64,000 nucleotides of DNA from the NCBI GenBank assembly GCA_043806015.1, contig JAZDHH010000007.1:51698-115697 (forward strand), written 5' to 3'. The notes beneath the pieces were generated by a model, which saw nothing but the letters and a program-made list of their open reading frames with translations, was not told the origin of the DNA and ran no database searches. Origin of the DNA: Nanobdellota archaeon (lineage in GTDB: Archaea; Nanobdellota; Nanobdellia; Woesearchaeales; JAHIVG01). Positions 1 to 8,930 of the stretch are shown in pieces. Within the stretch, counting starts at the first letter, position 1; every line of letters begins with the position of its first letter. The position numbers and the translations under genes were made by a program.

Positions 1-43
1 GCCCTGAAAAAGAGGCCTTGAAAACAAATAAAACCGAGGTGGA

Positions 44-535
44 ATGATGGTTCTCACTGAAAATGATGTGCTGGTTCTTCATAATTGGGAAAAAATGCGC
101 CAGATTGGCTATATCAAGAGATGGTTGGAACAACAGACGGTAAGAAGGGAAGTCCAAGAGGAAAATCGGGTTTTCAAATTTTATGATAGATGGAACAAGG
201 ATGTCCAGGAAAAGCACAATCTGAAGGATGCGGTTAAGGATTTCCTCCATTTGGTTGGGGAGGATAACAAGTTCCTTGATGATTGGGAGGAGCTCTGCAA
301 ATTCCAGCATCACATTATCCACGCGGCGGCTGCCATTGAAGGACGCGCGGCGGTTATGCTCCTTGAAGACGCAAAAAAACACAATTTGCCTTTGAAAATG
401 GTGAGGGACGAGCAAATACCGCTTAATAATCAGCTTGAACGAGTAAGGGAGGATATGAGAATTGATAGTCTGATGAGCAACACGACGGGGCATATGATTG
501 CCGAGGCTAGAAGACAAATTCAAGAGATAAAGTGA
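44..535 (+). CDS. hypothetical helical protein
   Basis: 163-aa ORF preceded by GAGGTG RBS-like motif; lower-GC codon usage; no recognised motif. Confidence 0.6.
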   Translation: MMVLTENDVLVLHNWEKMRQIGYIKRWLEQQTVRREVQEENRVFKFYDRWNKDVQEKHNLKDAVKDFLHLVGEDNKFLDDWEELCKFQHHIIHAAAAIEGRAAVMLLEDAKKHNLPLKMVRDEQIPLNNQLERVREDMRIDSLMSNTTGHMIAEARRQIQEIK

Positions 536-545
536 GAGGTAACCC

Positions 546-938
546 ATGCTCCAGACCAAGGATTGGATAAGCTTATTGATCGGCGCGGCGCTGACGCTGC
601 TCGGCCTGCTGCCTCTCCTGAAGAAGATCGGGATGGGGCCGCCTTTCTTCGAGCTGAAGTTCCTGCCGGTCGAGATCTTCAGCTTCATCGTGGCCATCGC
701 GGGAGCCTACCTGGTCATCAACTCGATCACCGAGATCGTGCAGAGCAACCCGATCGGCAAGATATCCTTTGTTGTCGCCCTGGTCTTTTTCATCATCGGG
801 ATGCTGCAGGTCCTGTTCAGCTTTAGCATCGGCCCGGACTGGTTCGCCCTGAAGTTCATCAGCCACACCATCTATTACATCATATTCATGGTGGAGGGAA
901 TCTTCCTGATGATCGCCATGTTCGCCATGGAGCTATGA
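546..938 (+). CDS. 4-TM membrane protein, unknown function
   Basis: GAGGT RBS; four hydrophobic segments; host-like codon usage. Confidence 0.75.
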   Translation: MLQTKDWISLLIGAALTLLGLLPLLKKIGMGPPFFELKFLPVEIFSFIVAIAGAYLVINSITEIVQSNPIGKISFVVALVFFIIGMLQVLFSFSIGPDWFALKFISHTIYYIIFMVEGIFLMIAMFAMEL

Positions 939-939
939 G

Positions 940-1995
940 ATGGGCCTCCACCCGGCCAAGAGATACAAGTGGTCGCTCTTCGGCATGGGGATGTACTTCT
1001 ATTTTGTCCGGCAGCGCATCTGGGACCTCAGGGACAAGAGCATCGACGCCGTGGAGCTGCACAGCAAGGTCGAGGACCTGGTCCGGAGGCTGCGCGCTGC
1101 GACCGAAGGGATGCGATCAGAGGCCAAGCCTTCTCCCCAGGTAACCCTGCAACCTAAAGAAACCAAGGCTCAAAAGGTTCCTGCTAAGCCTGAATCCAGG
1201 CATAATGACGTCGAAAGCCTTTCCCAGACCATCGCCACGACCGTAGGCCACCTCGCCGCCATCTACCTGAAAGAGGTCAAGGACAGCGAACACATTGATT
1301 TCGCCGCTGACCGCATGTTCTATCTCACCAAGGAAGGCTTGAAAGCCGGCCAACAGAAGACCAGAGAAGCATTCGAGCGGCTGGCGACCGATGCCAAGAA
1401 GAAGGTTGATGGGAAATACAAGGGCAAGAAGTCAAAGGATGCTGAAAGGCTCAAGCAAGAGGAGAAACGGAAGATTACCGATGCCAAGGACCGGGCGATC
1501 GAGGACGTCAACAAGCATTGGGAAAAGTTGAGAAAAGCTTTGTCCCAAGCGTTGCGAAATCTCTGGAACGTCTCAAAAGCGCAATACCAATCCTGGACAA
1601 TGCTCGAGTTGAAGGAACGGCTCCATTCTGACTCTGTCGAGGCCATCCTGACAAGGATCAAGGTGAAGGGCCGCGCGGTTAATATAGAAGCCAAGCAAGC
1701 GAAGGACCTTATGCACGGCATCGAGCATGCCAAGGACTTTGATGAGCTCAAGAGGGAGATCTTCGGCCTCATGCGTGTCATCCATGAGGAGATCGAGAAC
1801 GCCCTCGTCTTCGACGAGAACGTCAAGGTGCTGCTCTTCCGCATCAAGAATAGCCTGGGCGAGCTCGAGCAGCTGGAGAGGGTCAACCCCAAAATAAAGC
1901 AGCGCTTGGAGGGAGTCCATCGTGACATCATCCGCATTCTTGACGTGATCCAGGCGCAGAAGCAGATGCTCTTCCACGAAGCTGAAGCTGCGTAA
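940..1995 (+). CDS. coiled-coil hypothetical protein
   Basis: 351-aa K/E-rich helical ORF starting directly after the previous stop. Confidence 0.7.
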   Translation: MGLHPAKRYKWSLFGMGMYFYFVRQRIWDLRDKSIDAVELHSKVEDLVRRLRAATEGMRSEAKPSPQVTLQPKETKAQKVPAKPESRHNDVESLSQTIATTVGHLAAIYLKEVKDSEHIDFAADRMFYLTKEGLKAGQQKTREAFERLATDAKKKVDGKYKGKKSKDAERLKQEEKRKITDAKDRAIEDVNKHWEKLRKALSQALRNLWNVSKAQYQSWTMLELKERLHSDSVEAILTRIKVKGRAVNIEAKQAKDLMHGIEHAKDFDELKREIFGLMRVIHEEIENALVFDENVKVLLFRIKNSLGELEQLERVNPKIKQRLEGVHRDIIRILDVIQAQKQMLFHEAEAA

Positions 1996-2050
1996 AACAC
2001 AAACTATTTAAAAAGGCCTTGCGACTGATTTCTTGCAAAGAGGTGATTCC

Positions 2051-2749
2051 ATGCTCAAGATCGACAAGTTCCCCAAGGCGCCGACCATCATCGTGGGCTT
2101 CCCAGGCTTCGGCCTTGTCGGCACCATCTGCACCGAGTTCCTGCTCGAGCACCTGAAGACCGAGCAGATCGGCAAGATCTGGTATGATGACCTGCCTGCG
2201 GTCGTCGCGGTGCACAAGGAGAAGCTCATCGACCCCATAGGAATCTTCTACAACGCCTCCTACAACATCGTCATCGTGCACGCCATCACCGGCGCCAAGG
2301 GCGTCGAATGGAAGATCGCCCATGACATGGCGAAGATCGTCGAGAAGATGAAGGCCAAGGAGATCATCGTGCTTGAGGGCATCGGCTCCCAGAGCGAGGA
2401 GGGCCATGACGCCTTCTTCTTCACCAATGACCATCACCGGGAAAGGCTGGTCAAGGCTGGGCTCAAGCCTCTGGAGAACGGCATCATCATCGGCCTCGCC
2501 GGCGCCCTGCTGCTGGACGTGGAGGCTCCTTTGACCTGCATCTTCGCTGAGACGCATTCCGAGCTGCCGGACAGCAAGGCGGCAGCCAAGATCCTCGAGG
2601 CGGTGGATCGCTATCTCAACCTCAAGGTGGATACCCAGCCGCTCATCGAGTTGGCGGCAAAGTTCGAGGACAAGCTGAAAGGCCTCATGACCCAAAGCCA
2701 GGCCGCGCAGGACCAGCGTGAGAAGAAGCTGATGAGCTACGTAGGCTGA
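2051..2749 (+). CDS. PAC2 family proteasome assembly chaperone
   Basis: IVGFPGFGLVGTI motif, PDSKAAA, C-terminal hydrophobic-Tyr ending (MSYVG); RBS GAGGTGA before ATG 2051. Confidence 0.85.
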   Translation: MLKIDKFPKAPTIIVGFPGFGLVGTICTEFLLEHLKTEQIGKIWYDDLPAVVAVHKEKLIDPIGIFYNASYNIVIVHAITGAKGVEWKIAHDMAKIVEKMKAKEIIVLEGIGSQSEEGHDAFFFTNDHHRERLVKAGLKPLENGIIIGLAGALLLDVEAPLTCIFAETHSELPDSKAAAKILEAVDRYLNLKVDTQPLIELAAKFEDKLKGLMTQSQAAQDQREKKLMSYVG

Positions 2750-3045
2750 ACAGCCAGCGCTGGGATAAGTATTCTGACTGCCCGGTTCTGAGCATGCGTA
2801 TCCGGATATTCTGCCCTCGGCACGATGAAAAGCCGCTCCCCGGTCTCACTTCTGGAATAGACGATCCAGTCCTCTGGCTCGACATCATGCGCTGCCAGGA
2901 CATGCTGGTAACAAAGGGAGAATGCTCGGTAATCGCCCCGTTCTTCCGGCGGAATCCTCCCTGAAGGGGCGAGAGCGTCAATGCCGCCCTCGCAGAGCCG
3001 TGCGTCAAGGTATTCCGCTTTTCCTGACACGGAAAACGTATTCAT
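2737..3045 (-). CDS. hypothetical protein
   Basis: 102-aa ORF with a TTTATTAA TATA-like box upstream on the minus strand. Confidence 0.45.
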   Translation of the reverse strand: MNTFSVSGKAEYLDARLCEGGIDALAPSGRIPPEERGDYRAFSLCYQHVLAAHDVEPEDWIVYSRSETGERLFIVPRAEYPDTHAQNRAVRILIPALAVQPT

Positions 3046-3171
3046 CCATTGCGGGTAGTGAGAACGGCTTAATAAACATTCTCATAGGGAAATCGTCTTC
3101 ACGGCCTTCTTGTCAAGCAATTTCTTCAGCTCACTTTCTCCCTCGATCATCCGCTTCTTTCGGCTTTTCAG

Positions 3172-3366
3172 GGGGGTGAGGGAGTAGGAGTGGTAAGTCC
3201 CCTTGGCTGCGCTTAAGGAGCAAGCCCAGTTTTGATTGCATGATCCCCGCTCTTGTAGCCATAGAGGAGGAACTGCCAGTTCTCCAGGATTATTCTTGTC
3301 TCCTTTGAGCCTGTCTTCGAGACAGTTACAGCGTCGCTGGCCACCATGCCTGACTACCCCCTTTTT
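3172..3366 (+). ncRNA. candidate structured non-coding RNA
   Basis: G-rich 5' end (3172-3194) imperfectly complementary to 3343-3361; internal hairpins GAACTG-C-CAGTTC and CTGTCT-TCG-AGACAG; followed by a T5 tract. Confidence 0.3.
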
Positions 3367-3429
3367 CTGGTGCCTAAAGGTGTTTGATCATTCTTCCTGC
3401 GAGAAAGGAGAACAAAATAGTTATGGTTG

Positions 3430-3960
3430 TGCTGTCAGAGCCATCTAATACTCACTTTCTTGCTTATGACATTTTGATACCGCAGATAAGGAATTAGTTA
3501 CAATATAGTAATTTAACAATGATTATATTATTGAAAAGATACTTCCCAAAAGATTTATATGTTTACATATGATAGATATACTAGTTTAAAGACATATAAT
3601 AATAAAGAGATATTTTGAATAATATAATATAAAATTTAATAAATTCTCAAATATTTCAAGAAACAATTTTTTAGACGTAAAATAAATTTAAGATATAAAA
3701 AAATACAAAAATAGGATATTTATTTTAGAAAAAAGTGAGAATATTAATACATTATCTAGCATTAATTGAACCTCAAAAAAGATTGAAGTTTGATTTCATC
3801 AGTGTTTTCTTATATCAAATTCGTCGAATAATAGAAAATTTCCGCGATTACCCTAAGGGATAGAAATTGTGCGAAGATGACCAAAAAAAATGGTTTCTCA
3901 AAATTAATTTATACCAATAAATATGCATAAATAAATACTTTTTACCGTCGATTCTTAGGT
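3430..3960. other. very AT-rich non-coding tract (DNA-unwinding-element-like)
   Basis: ~500 bp dominated by A/T runs in an otherwise GC-rich window; no ORF of 60 aa or more inside it. Confidence 0.6.
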
Positions 3961-4015
3961 CAATACTTAGGAAAGATCCAATGCTGAAATGATGAAAAAT
4001 CCCTTTGATTATCCA

Positions 4016-4261
4016 ATGTCGGCATAATGCTTACTAGATCATGCAAACTTATCATTTCCTGCGACTTTTGCCATATTTCACGTCGTGAAGGTGGCCTAAT
4101 GGCGCGGAACCCCTCAAACTTCCTTGTCGATATTATCTACGCCTATTCGCATATAATGTCGACCTGTCAAGGATCATGTCAAAATCTCCCATTATTTTGA
4201 GTCTGGAAGATTCGGCATCATGTCGAACAATCTTTAAACTCATTTCCGAGCCAGAAAATCG
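4016..4261. repeat. array of degenerate near-palindromic boxes (WTRYCGRYAW-like)
   Basis: ATGTCGGCAT 4016, TTGTCGATAT 4124, ATGTCGACCT 4156, ATGTCAAAAT 4176, TCGGCAT-C-ATGTCGA 4212-4226. Confidence 0.5.
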
Positions 4262-4371
4262 TTGAAGAGAGGTAAAAAAAGTGTTCACTAAGGGTTTCAA
4301 TCAAAAAAAGGTGGGCAATGCGGGCAATTGTAGATGAATTGACAATAAAATGTAAGAAAAAAGCAAAATTT

Positions 4372-4875
4372 TCAAGCCGCTGGTTCAGGGTTTGCCTTGT
4401 TCTCTTTTTGGGTTTGGCTGATCTTTTCGTTCTTCAGGGCCTTCTGCAGCTCATCGACAAGTTTGATCGTGGTGTCGAGGTTGTTGACAATCGCCTGCTT
4501 CGCTTTCTCAAAGGCTGATTCAAGCGTCGGCCCGTTGAGGCGGTAGCCAATCACCACCTTCTCATCGCGGCCGATATAGCTCGTCTTGGTGATGAGATTG
4601 AGGGCCTGCCATCGCCGGAGATATTCATACATGGTCTGCCTGGTGATGCCGGCGAAGTTGGCCATCTCCTCGACTGTCATGACAGCCTCTGAAGGCTTCT
4701 TCTCTCTATATGAGATCTTTGCCCGCTCGTACATTTCAATAAGGACCTTGTTCATCTTCTCTGTAGAGCCTTTCTTGCGGGGGATAAGGCCAATTCTACT
4801 GATTATGACATTCGCAAGCTCATCGGATCCTGCGCCAGGCGCAGGCTCGATTCCGGTCAGGACGATTTTTTCCAT
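4372..4875 (-). CDS. winged helix-turn-helix DNA-binding protein
   Basis: MTVEEMANFAGITRQTMYEYLRRWQALNLITK HTH followed by a beta-wing (VVIGYRL); TATA box at ~4899-4908 on the minus strand. Confidence 0.8.
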   Translation of the reverse strand: MEKIVLTGIEPAPGAGSDELANVIISRIGLIPRKKGSTEKMNKVLIEMYERAKISYREKKPSEAVMTVEEMANFAGITRQTMYEYLRRWQALNLITKTSYIGRDEKVVIGYRLNGPTLESAFEKAKQAIVNNLDTTIKLVDELQKALKNEKISQTQKENKANPEPAA

Positions 4876-4920
4876 GATACGATTTTATGGCATAACACAT
4901 TTATATATTTTTTCTTTTTA

Positions 4921-5145
4921 TCGATTATATTCGGGAGAATAGGCTAATTTTGTCGGTAAATAGGGATAAATAATTTAAGATTTGATTAAATATTTTAATA
5001 TTATTAAGATATAATGCCGAATATTATCGATAAGATAATTAATCGTTATTTTGCCGATTAGATTAATGAATTATAACACATTCGTTATTTTATTTTAATC
5101 TAATCGGTATTCTGTAGAATGCCGAAATCTTTCGAGTTTATATCG
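4921..5145. repeat. AT-rich array of phased YCG-core boxes
   Basis: TTGTCGGTAA 4950, ATGCCGAATA 5014, TTATCGATAA 5024, TTGCCGATTA 5051, ATGCCGAAAT 5119; CG cores often 10-11 or 22 bp apart. Confidence 0.5.
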
Positions 5146-5446
5146 AATTTACCTAACAGACATGTTAATTATTTTCAATATAGTATTGAATTAGGGTATT
5201 TAAATAACAAGGAAAATAAAGGTAAAAAGTGAGACTTCCCGAAGAGAGACCGGGTTTAGACCTTTGAAAAAAATATTTTTAAGAAAAAAAGTCGTTTAGG
5301 CACCAGGCAATAAAAGCGGAAAAGGATTTTTTAGTTGGAAAAGAGGATGAAAAAAAGATATGCGATGGTTAGGTAGCAGAGGGACCTTGGCGGAATCCGG
5401 ATGGAAAACACACAATAAAACCTCGCAAAGGCAAAAAATGACCTTT

Positions 5447-5959
5447 TCAGTCTAAAGATTGAGCCATCTTCTTGTTCAGTCGGAGGACGTTAAGCTTCGC
5501 CTGCTTGTCGCGGAAGGAGGAATCGAGCCAGAGGTAGATACTGTCGTCCCGGACTTCTTGCATGAGCGGGATTCCCTTGCCCTGGATGTGCTGCACATGC
5601 AGTTTGAGCATGGCCACCGTCGTCGAGAGCCGGCGCGCGATCTGTGAGAGCTTGAGGTGCTTCTCCTCGTTGGCGTAGAGCATGAGCAAAAGCTGGCGCT
5701 CGCGCTCGGAGAACTCAGGCTGGACCTGCGCCTGGAGGATGTCCTGCTGCTCGAGGGCGAGCTCGATGTTGTCGATGCGGGAACGGAGCTTCTCGAGCTT
5801 CTGGTCGATCTCTGAGAGGAACTCTTCCATATGGTGGAGCTCGAAGCCGTTCTGGTTGATGGACTCACGGTGGTCATCCAGCTCTTCCTTGACTTTAGAA
5901 AACGCGCCGGCGATCTCGTCGTGCATGCGCGAAAGCTCTCTTTTCAAGTGCTGTCTCAC
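5447..5959 (-). CDS. coiled-coil protein with C-terminal winged-HTH domain
   Basis: N-terminal heptad coil; FSERERQLLLML...LSQIARRLSTTVAMLKLHVQHIQGKGIPL HTH; likely GTG start at 5959 (ATG 5995 is an alternative). Confidence 0.75.
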   Translation of the reverse strand: MRQHLKRELSRMHDEIAGAFSKVKEELDDHRESINQNGFELHHMEEFLSEIDQKLEKLRSRIDNIELALEQQDILQAQVQPEFSERERQLLLMLYANEEKHLKLSQIARRLSTTVAMLKLHVQHIQGKGIPLMQEVRDDSIYLWLDSSFRDKQAKLNVLRLNKKMAQSLD

Positions 5960-6098
5960 CCCCGCAGTTTCCCTGCCGCTTGTCAATATAAGCATTTCTG
6001 CGGCATAACATATGTTTTTGACGTTACAATATAAAGGAGGAGTTATGCGGGCGCGGCGAATAAAAAAAAATAAAAACGCTGCCGCAATATCGTCGATA

Positions 6099-6710
6099 AT
6101 GCGCTCACAAAAACAGCTCGCTGTCCTGCTCTCTAGGCTGAAGCCCTTCGCTCAGCCGAAGGCAAACCTCGAGCAATATCCCACAGATTCAGAAATCGCG
6201 GCCGAGCTCCTTTGGCATGCGTCCATGGCAGGTGACATCGAGGGAAAAGTCATTGCGGACCTCGGCTGCGGCACAGGGATATTGACCTGCGGCGCGCTCC
6301 TCCTCGGCGCCGAGAAAGTGTTCGCGGTCGACTGCGACAGCGCTGTTTTTCCGCTCCTCGAGGAGAACCTCGTCTTCTGCGGCCTCAACCCAAAAAAAGT
6401 AGTCGTGAGGAACGAGGACGTCGCTGCTTTTTCCGAAAAAGTGGACGCGGTCATCATGAACCCGCCCTTCGGCGTGCAGAAACAGCACGCTGACCGCGCT
6501 TTCGTCGAGAAAGCTCTTTCCATCGCCAAGGTCGCCTACAGCGTCCACAAGGCGGAGAGCGTGGATTTCCTCGGAAGGATCTCGAAAGGAAGGGTCACCG
6601 TCCTCGTGAAGAAGGCGATGCCCATCAAGGCCGCGATGGCGTTCCACGCGAAGCGTCAGCATGTGTTCGACGTGGTGCTCGTTCGCTTTTCAATGGAGGC
6701 GCATTTATAA
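6099..6710 (+). CDS. METTL5-family N6-adenine RNA methyltransferase
   Basis: LEQYPT, DLGCGTGIL SAM motif, MNPPFG catalytic motif. Confidence 0.9.
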   Translation: MRSQKQLAVLLSRLKPFAQPKANLEQYPTDSEIAAELLWHASMAGDIEGKVIADLGCGTGILTCGALLLGAEKVFAVDCDSAVFPLLEENLVFCGLNPKKVVVRNEDVAAFSEKVDAVIMNPPFGVQKQHADRAFVEKALSIAKVAYSVHKAESVDFLGRISKGRVTVLVKKAMPIKAAMAFHAKRQHVFDVVLVRFSMEAHL

Positions 6711-6750
6711 AACAGAAAGTTTATAAAAGAAAGCCGAATCCTCAGGCAGC

Positions 6751-7026
6751 ATGAACGTCAAAATCCTCGAGGAGAAGGGCAAGCATCTCAAGCTTTCCCT
6801 GCAGCAGGTCGACAAGGGATTTCTCATCGCGCTCCAGAAGGAGCTCAACGCCGATGAGAACATCACCGAGGTCGGCGTCAATTTCGGCCACCCGCTGCTC
6901 CACCGCTACGATCTCATCGTCAACTCCAACGGCAAGGTCATGCCCAAGGACGCGGTCATGAAAGCGCTTGACCGCATCGGCAAGGTGGCGGACAAGTTCA
7001 ACACCGCATTCCAGGATATGAAATGA
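6751..7026 (+). CDS. rpoL: RNA polymerase subunit L (Rpo11)
   Basis: 91 aa, HPL motif and RPB11-like pattern; divergent. Confidence 0.7.
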   Translation: MNVKILEEKGKHLKLSLQQVDKGFLIALQKELNADENITEVGVNFGHPLLHRYDLIVNSNGKVMPKDAVMKALDRIGKVADKFNTAFQDMK

Positions 7027-7610
7027 TTGTTCTTGAAGAAGGCGCCAAGCTGCTCCTGCTCGCGAAAGAGGCTGTCAAGACAGGTTTCGACGACAGGCAG
7101 CTCAAGGTCGAACCTGCCCTCAAGGAACGCTTTTCTGAGGCCCAGGGCGTCTTCGTGACCATCCATGAGCAGGGCCAGCTCCGGGGCTGCATCGGCTTTC
7201 CCGAGCCGATCTTCCCGCTCTGGCAGGCGATCATCCGCGCTGCGAGGGCGGCTGCTTTCGACGACCCGAGGTTTCCGCCCATCGAGGAATCCGAGTACGA
7301 AGATTTAGAATTCGAGGTTTCCGTGCTGACTGTGCCACAGAAAATCGAGGTCGAGAATCCCGATGACTATCCTTCCCATATCATCATCGGCCGCGACGGC
7401 CTGATCATCAGCGTCGATGGCGCCTCCGGCCTGCTCCTGCCGCAGGTCGCGACCGAATGGCACTGGAACCCGAAGCAGTTCCTCGAGAACCTCTGCATGA
7501 AGGCCGGCGTGATGAAGGACGCCTGGCGCTCCGGCGAGGCGGAGATCCTCAAGTTCCAGGCGCAGATCTTCGGCGAGAAGGACGGCAAGGTCGTCGAGAA
7601 AAAGATTTAA
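7023..7610 (+). CDS. AMMECR1-domain protein
   Basis: GVFVT, LRGCIG, AAFDDPRF, EVSVL, GLLLPQVA motifs. Confidence 0.92.
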   Translation: MIVLEEGAKLLLLAKEAVKTGFDDRQLKVEPALKERFSEAQGVFVTIHEQGQLRGCIGFPEPIFPLWQAIIRAARAAAFDDPRFPPIEESEYEDLEFEVSVLTVPQKIEVENPDDYPSHIIIGRDGLIISVDGASGLLLPQVATEWHWNPKQFLENLCMKAGVMKDAWRSGEAEILKFQAQIFGEKDGKVVEKKI

Positions 7611-8827
7611 CGGAGAAGGCCGCCGTTGCCCGTATTGACAACCAAGATTCTTGATGAGTGTGACAAGTTGAAGTTCTTCTTAAACTTGCTTGAAAAAGCT
7701 ACAAGGCCAGCTGATCCGCTGATTTCTGAGGAGATGCCTGCCTCTCGGGCAAGGTGATTGGCGCTGATAAAATCTGCGTCCTTTGCCTTGATGAATTGGA
7801 CCTTTTTCCACCAGTCCGTGAAGGGGGACGGAAGAAGATGGCCAAGGTCAAAATGGGGTGTCCCCAGGGCTTTCGCTTTTGTTCTCTTGATTTGTTGAAA
7901 GCCGAATTGCATACCGGGAGCAAATCGCTCCATTTCTGGAGACACAGGTGCCTGCGACGAAAGGGGATGGGCACCGTCCGGCACGACGCCGCAGAGAGTC
8001 TTGGCTTTAACGCATCGATGCAATCCATAAAGGAGTTCCCCGCTTCCGCAGGGGCTGGTGACCAGGTCATAGGTATCCGGGATTTCCAGAACATCGCGAT
8101 AGAGGACAGTCTCTTGGAAATTCGCTTCGGGAAGAGTGGCGAAATGGGGGGCATAAATTAAGAATTGATAAAAATCGGTGACATTACAGTTGGTTTGGAA
8201 CTCGAAATTCATCCGAGCCTTGTCCGAGTAGATTGCTGCGCATTCTTCCCGAGAGAATATGAGTCTAAATAGGGGGAATTCTGTTGGGTGCCTTTGCCTG
8301 AAGTCCACTTTTATTAAACGCACCGGGGAAGATTTGAAGGCATTATTTTCCCGGAAGCCTTTGTCGACGAGAATGACGAGCTCCTGGGAACCACCGGTAT
8401 CCTTCAGGGCCCGAATCATAGCCATAGCGTAATTGCCCGCGGATATTAAGATGAATCTCCTCGGCTCAACGAGGTAGGGCAATGACAGAATTTTCCTGGC
8501 TTTCACATATTTATGTGTCCCTGAAGGCGTCGTGGAAAAGTCAAGAACATCGACAAGACATCCCATTTTTTCCGAAAGAACAGGGGAATGGTACCGGGTC
8601 ACTCCCCAGGGGAGGGTTTGTAGGTGGTTTTGACCCCTGAGAATCTCCTCGAGCCTTTGCATTTCATCGGGCAACGTGGCCGGAGATAGACCGTAACGAC
8701 GACAAAAAGCGTGGTCAGAACAAAAGGCATGCATATTGGCCCTAAAAGTTTCTGGGGTGATTTTTCCTTGAATAAAATCATTCACAAACGGGATTCTTTT
8801 GAATTCTTTTATCTGGGAGTAGTCCAC
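7607..8827 (-). CDS. divergent fold-type II PLP-dependent enzyme (threonine synthase/PALP-like)
   Basis: PSGTHK (PLP lysine), SAGNYA, PCGSGELL glycine loop, EISGSAGL, VVNTGNG; lower-GC codon usage. Confidence 0.7.
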   Translation of the reverse strand: MDYSQIKEFKRIPFVNDFIQGKITPETFRANMHAFCSDHAFCRRYGLSPATLPDEMQRLEEILRGQNHLQTLPWGVTRYHSPVLSEKMGCLVDVLDFSTTPSGTHKYVKARKILSLPYLVEPRRFILISAGNYAMAMIRALKDTGGSQELVILVDKGFRENNAFKSSPVRLIKVDFRQRHPTEFPLFRLIFSREECAAIYSDKARMNFEFQTNCNVTDFYQFLIYAPHFATLPEANFQETVLYRDVLEIPDTYDLVTSPCGSGELLYGLHRCVKAKTLCGVVPDGAHPLSSQAPVSPEMERFAPGMQFGFQQIKRTKAKALGTPHFDLGHLLPSPFTDWWKKVQFIKAKDADFISANHLAREAGISSEISGSAGLVAFSSKFKKNFNLSHSSRILVVNTGNGGLLR

Positions 8828-8930
8828 AGGGGATTCGTCAGAATGAAGATATTAAAAAGTTCCGGTTCAGAAGGCACTCCATGTTTTCGGTGGGAAAAAG
8901 ATTTAAGTGTGCCAAGGTCTTCTAAAAGGT

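Noticed and set aside
3172..3366. SRP RNA or RNase P RNA assignment
   Set aside because: Lacks the complete SRP helix 8 (CAGG..GNRA..AGCA) and the RNase P CR-I/CR-V motifs; kept only as an unknown candidate
4016..5145. CRISPR array or canonical ORB boxes
   Set aside because: Repeats are ~10 bp and degenerate, with no constant repeat-spacer period, no G-string ORB consensus and no cas or cdc6 gene in the window
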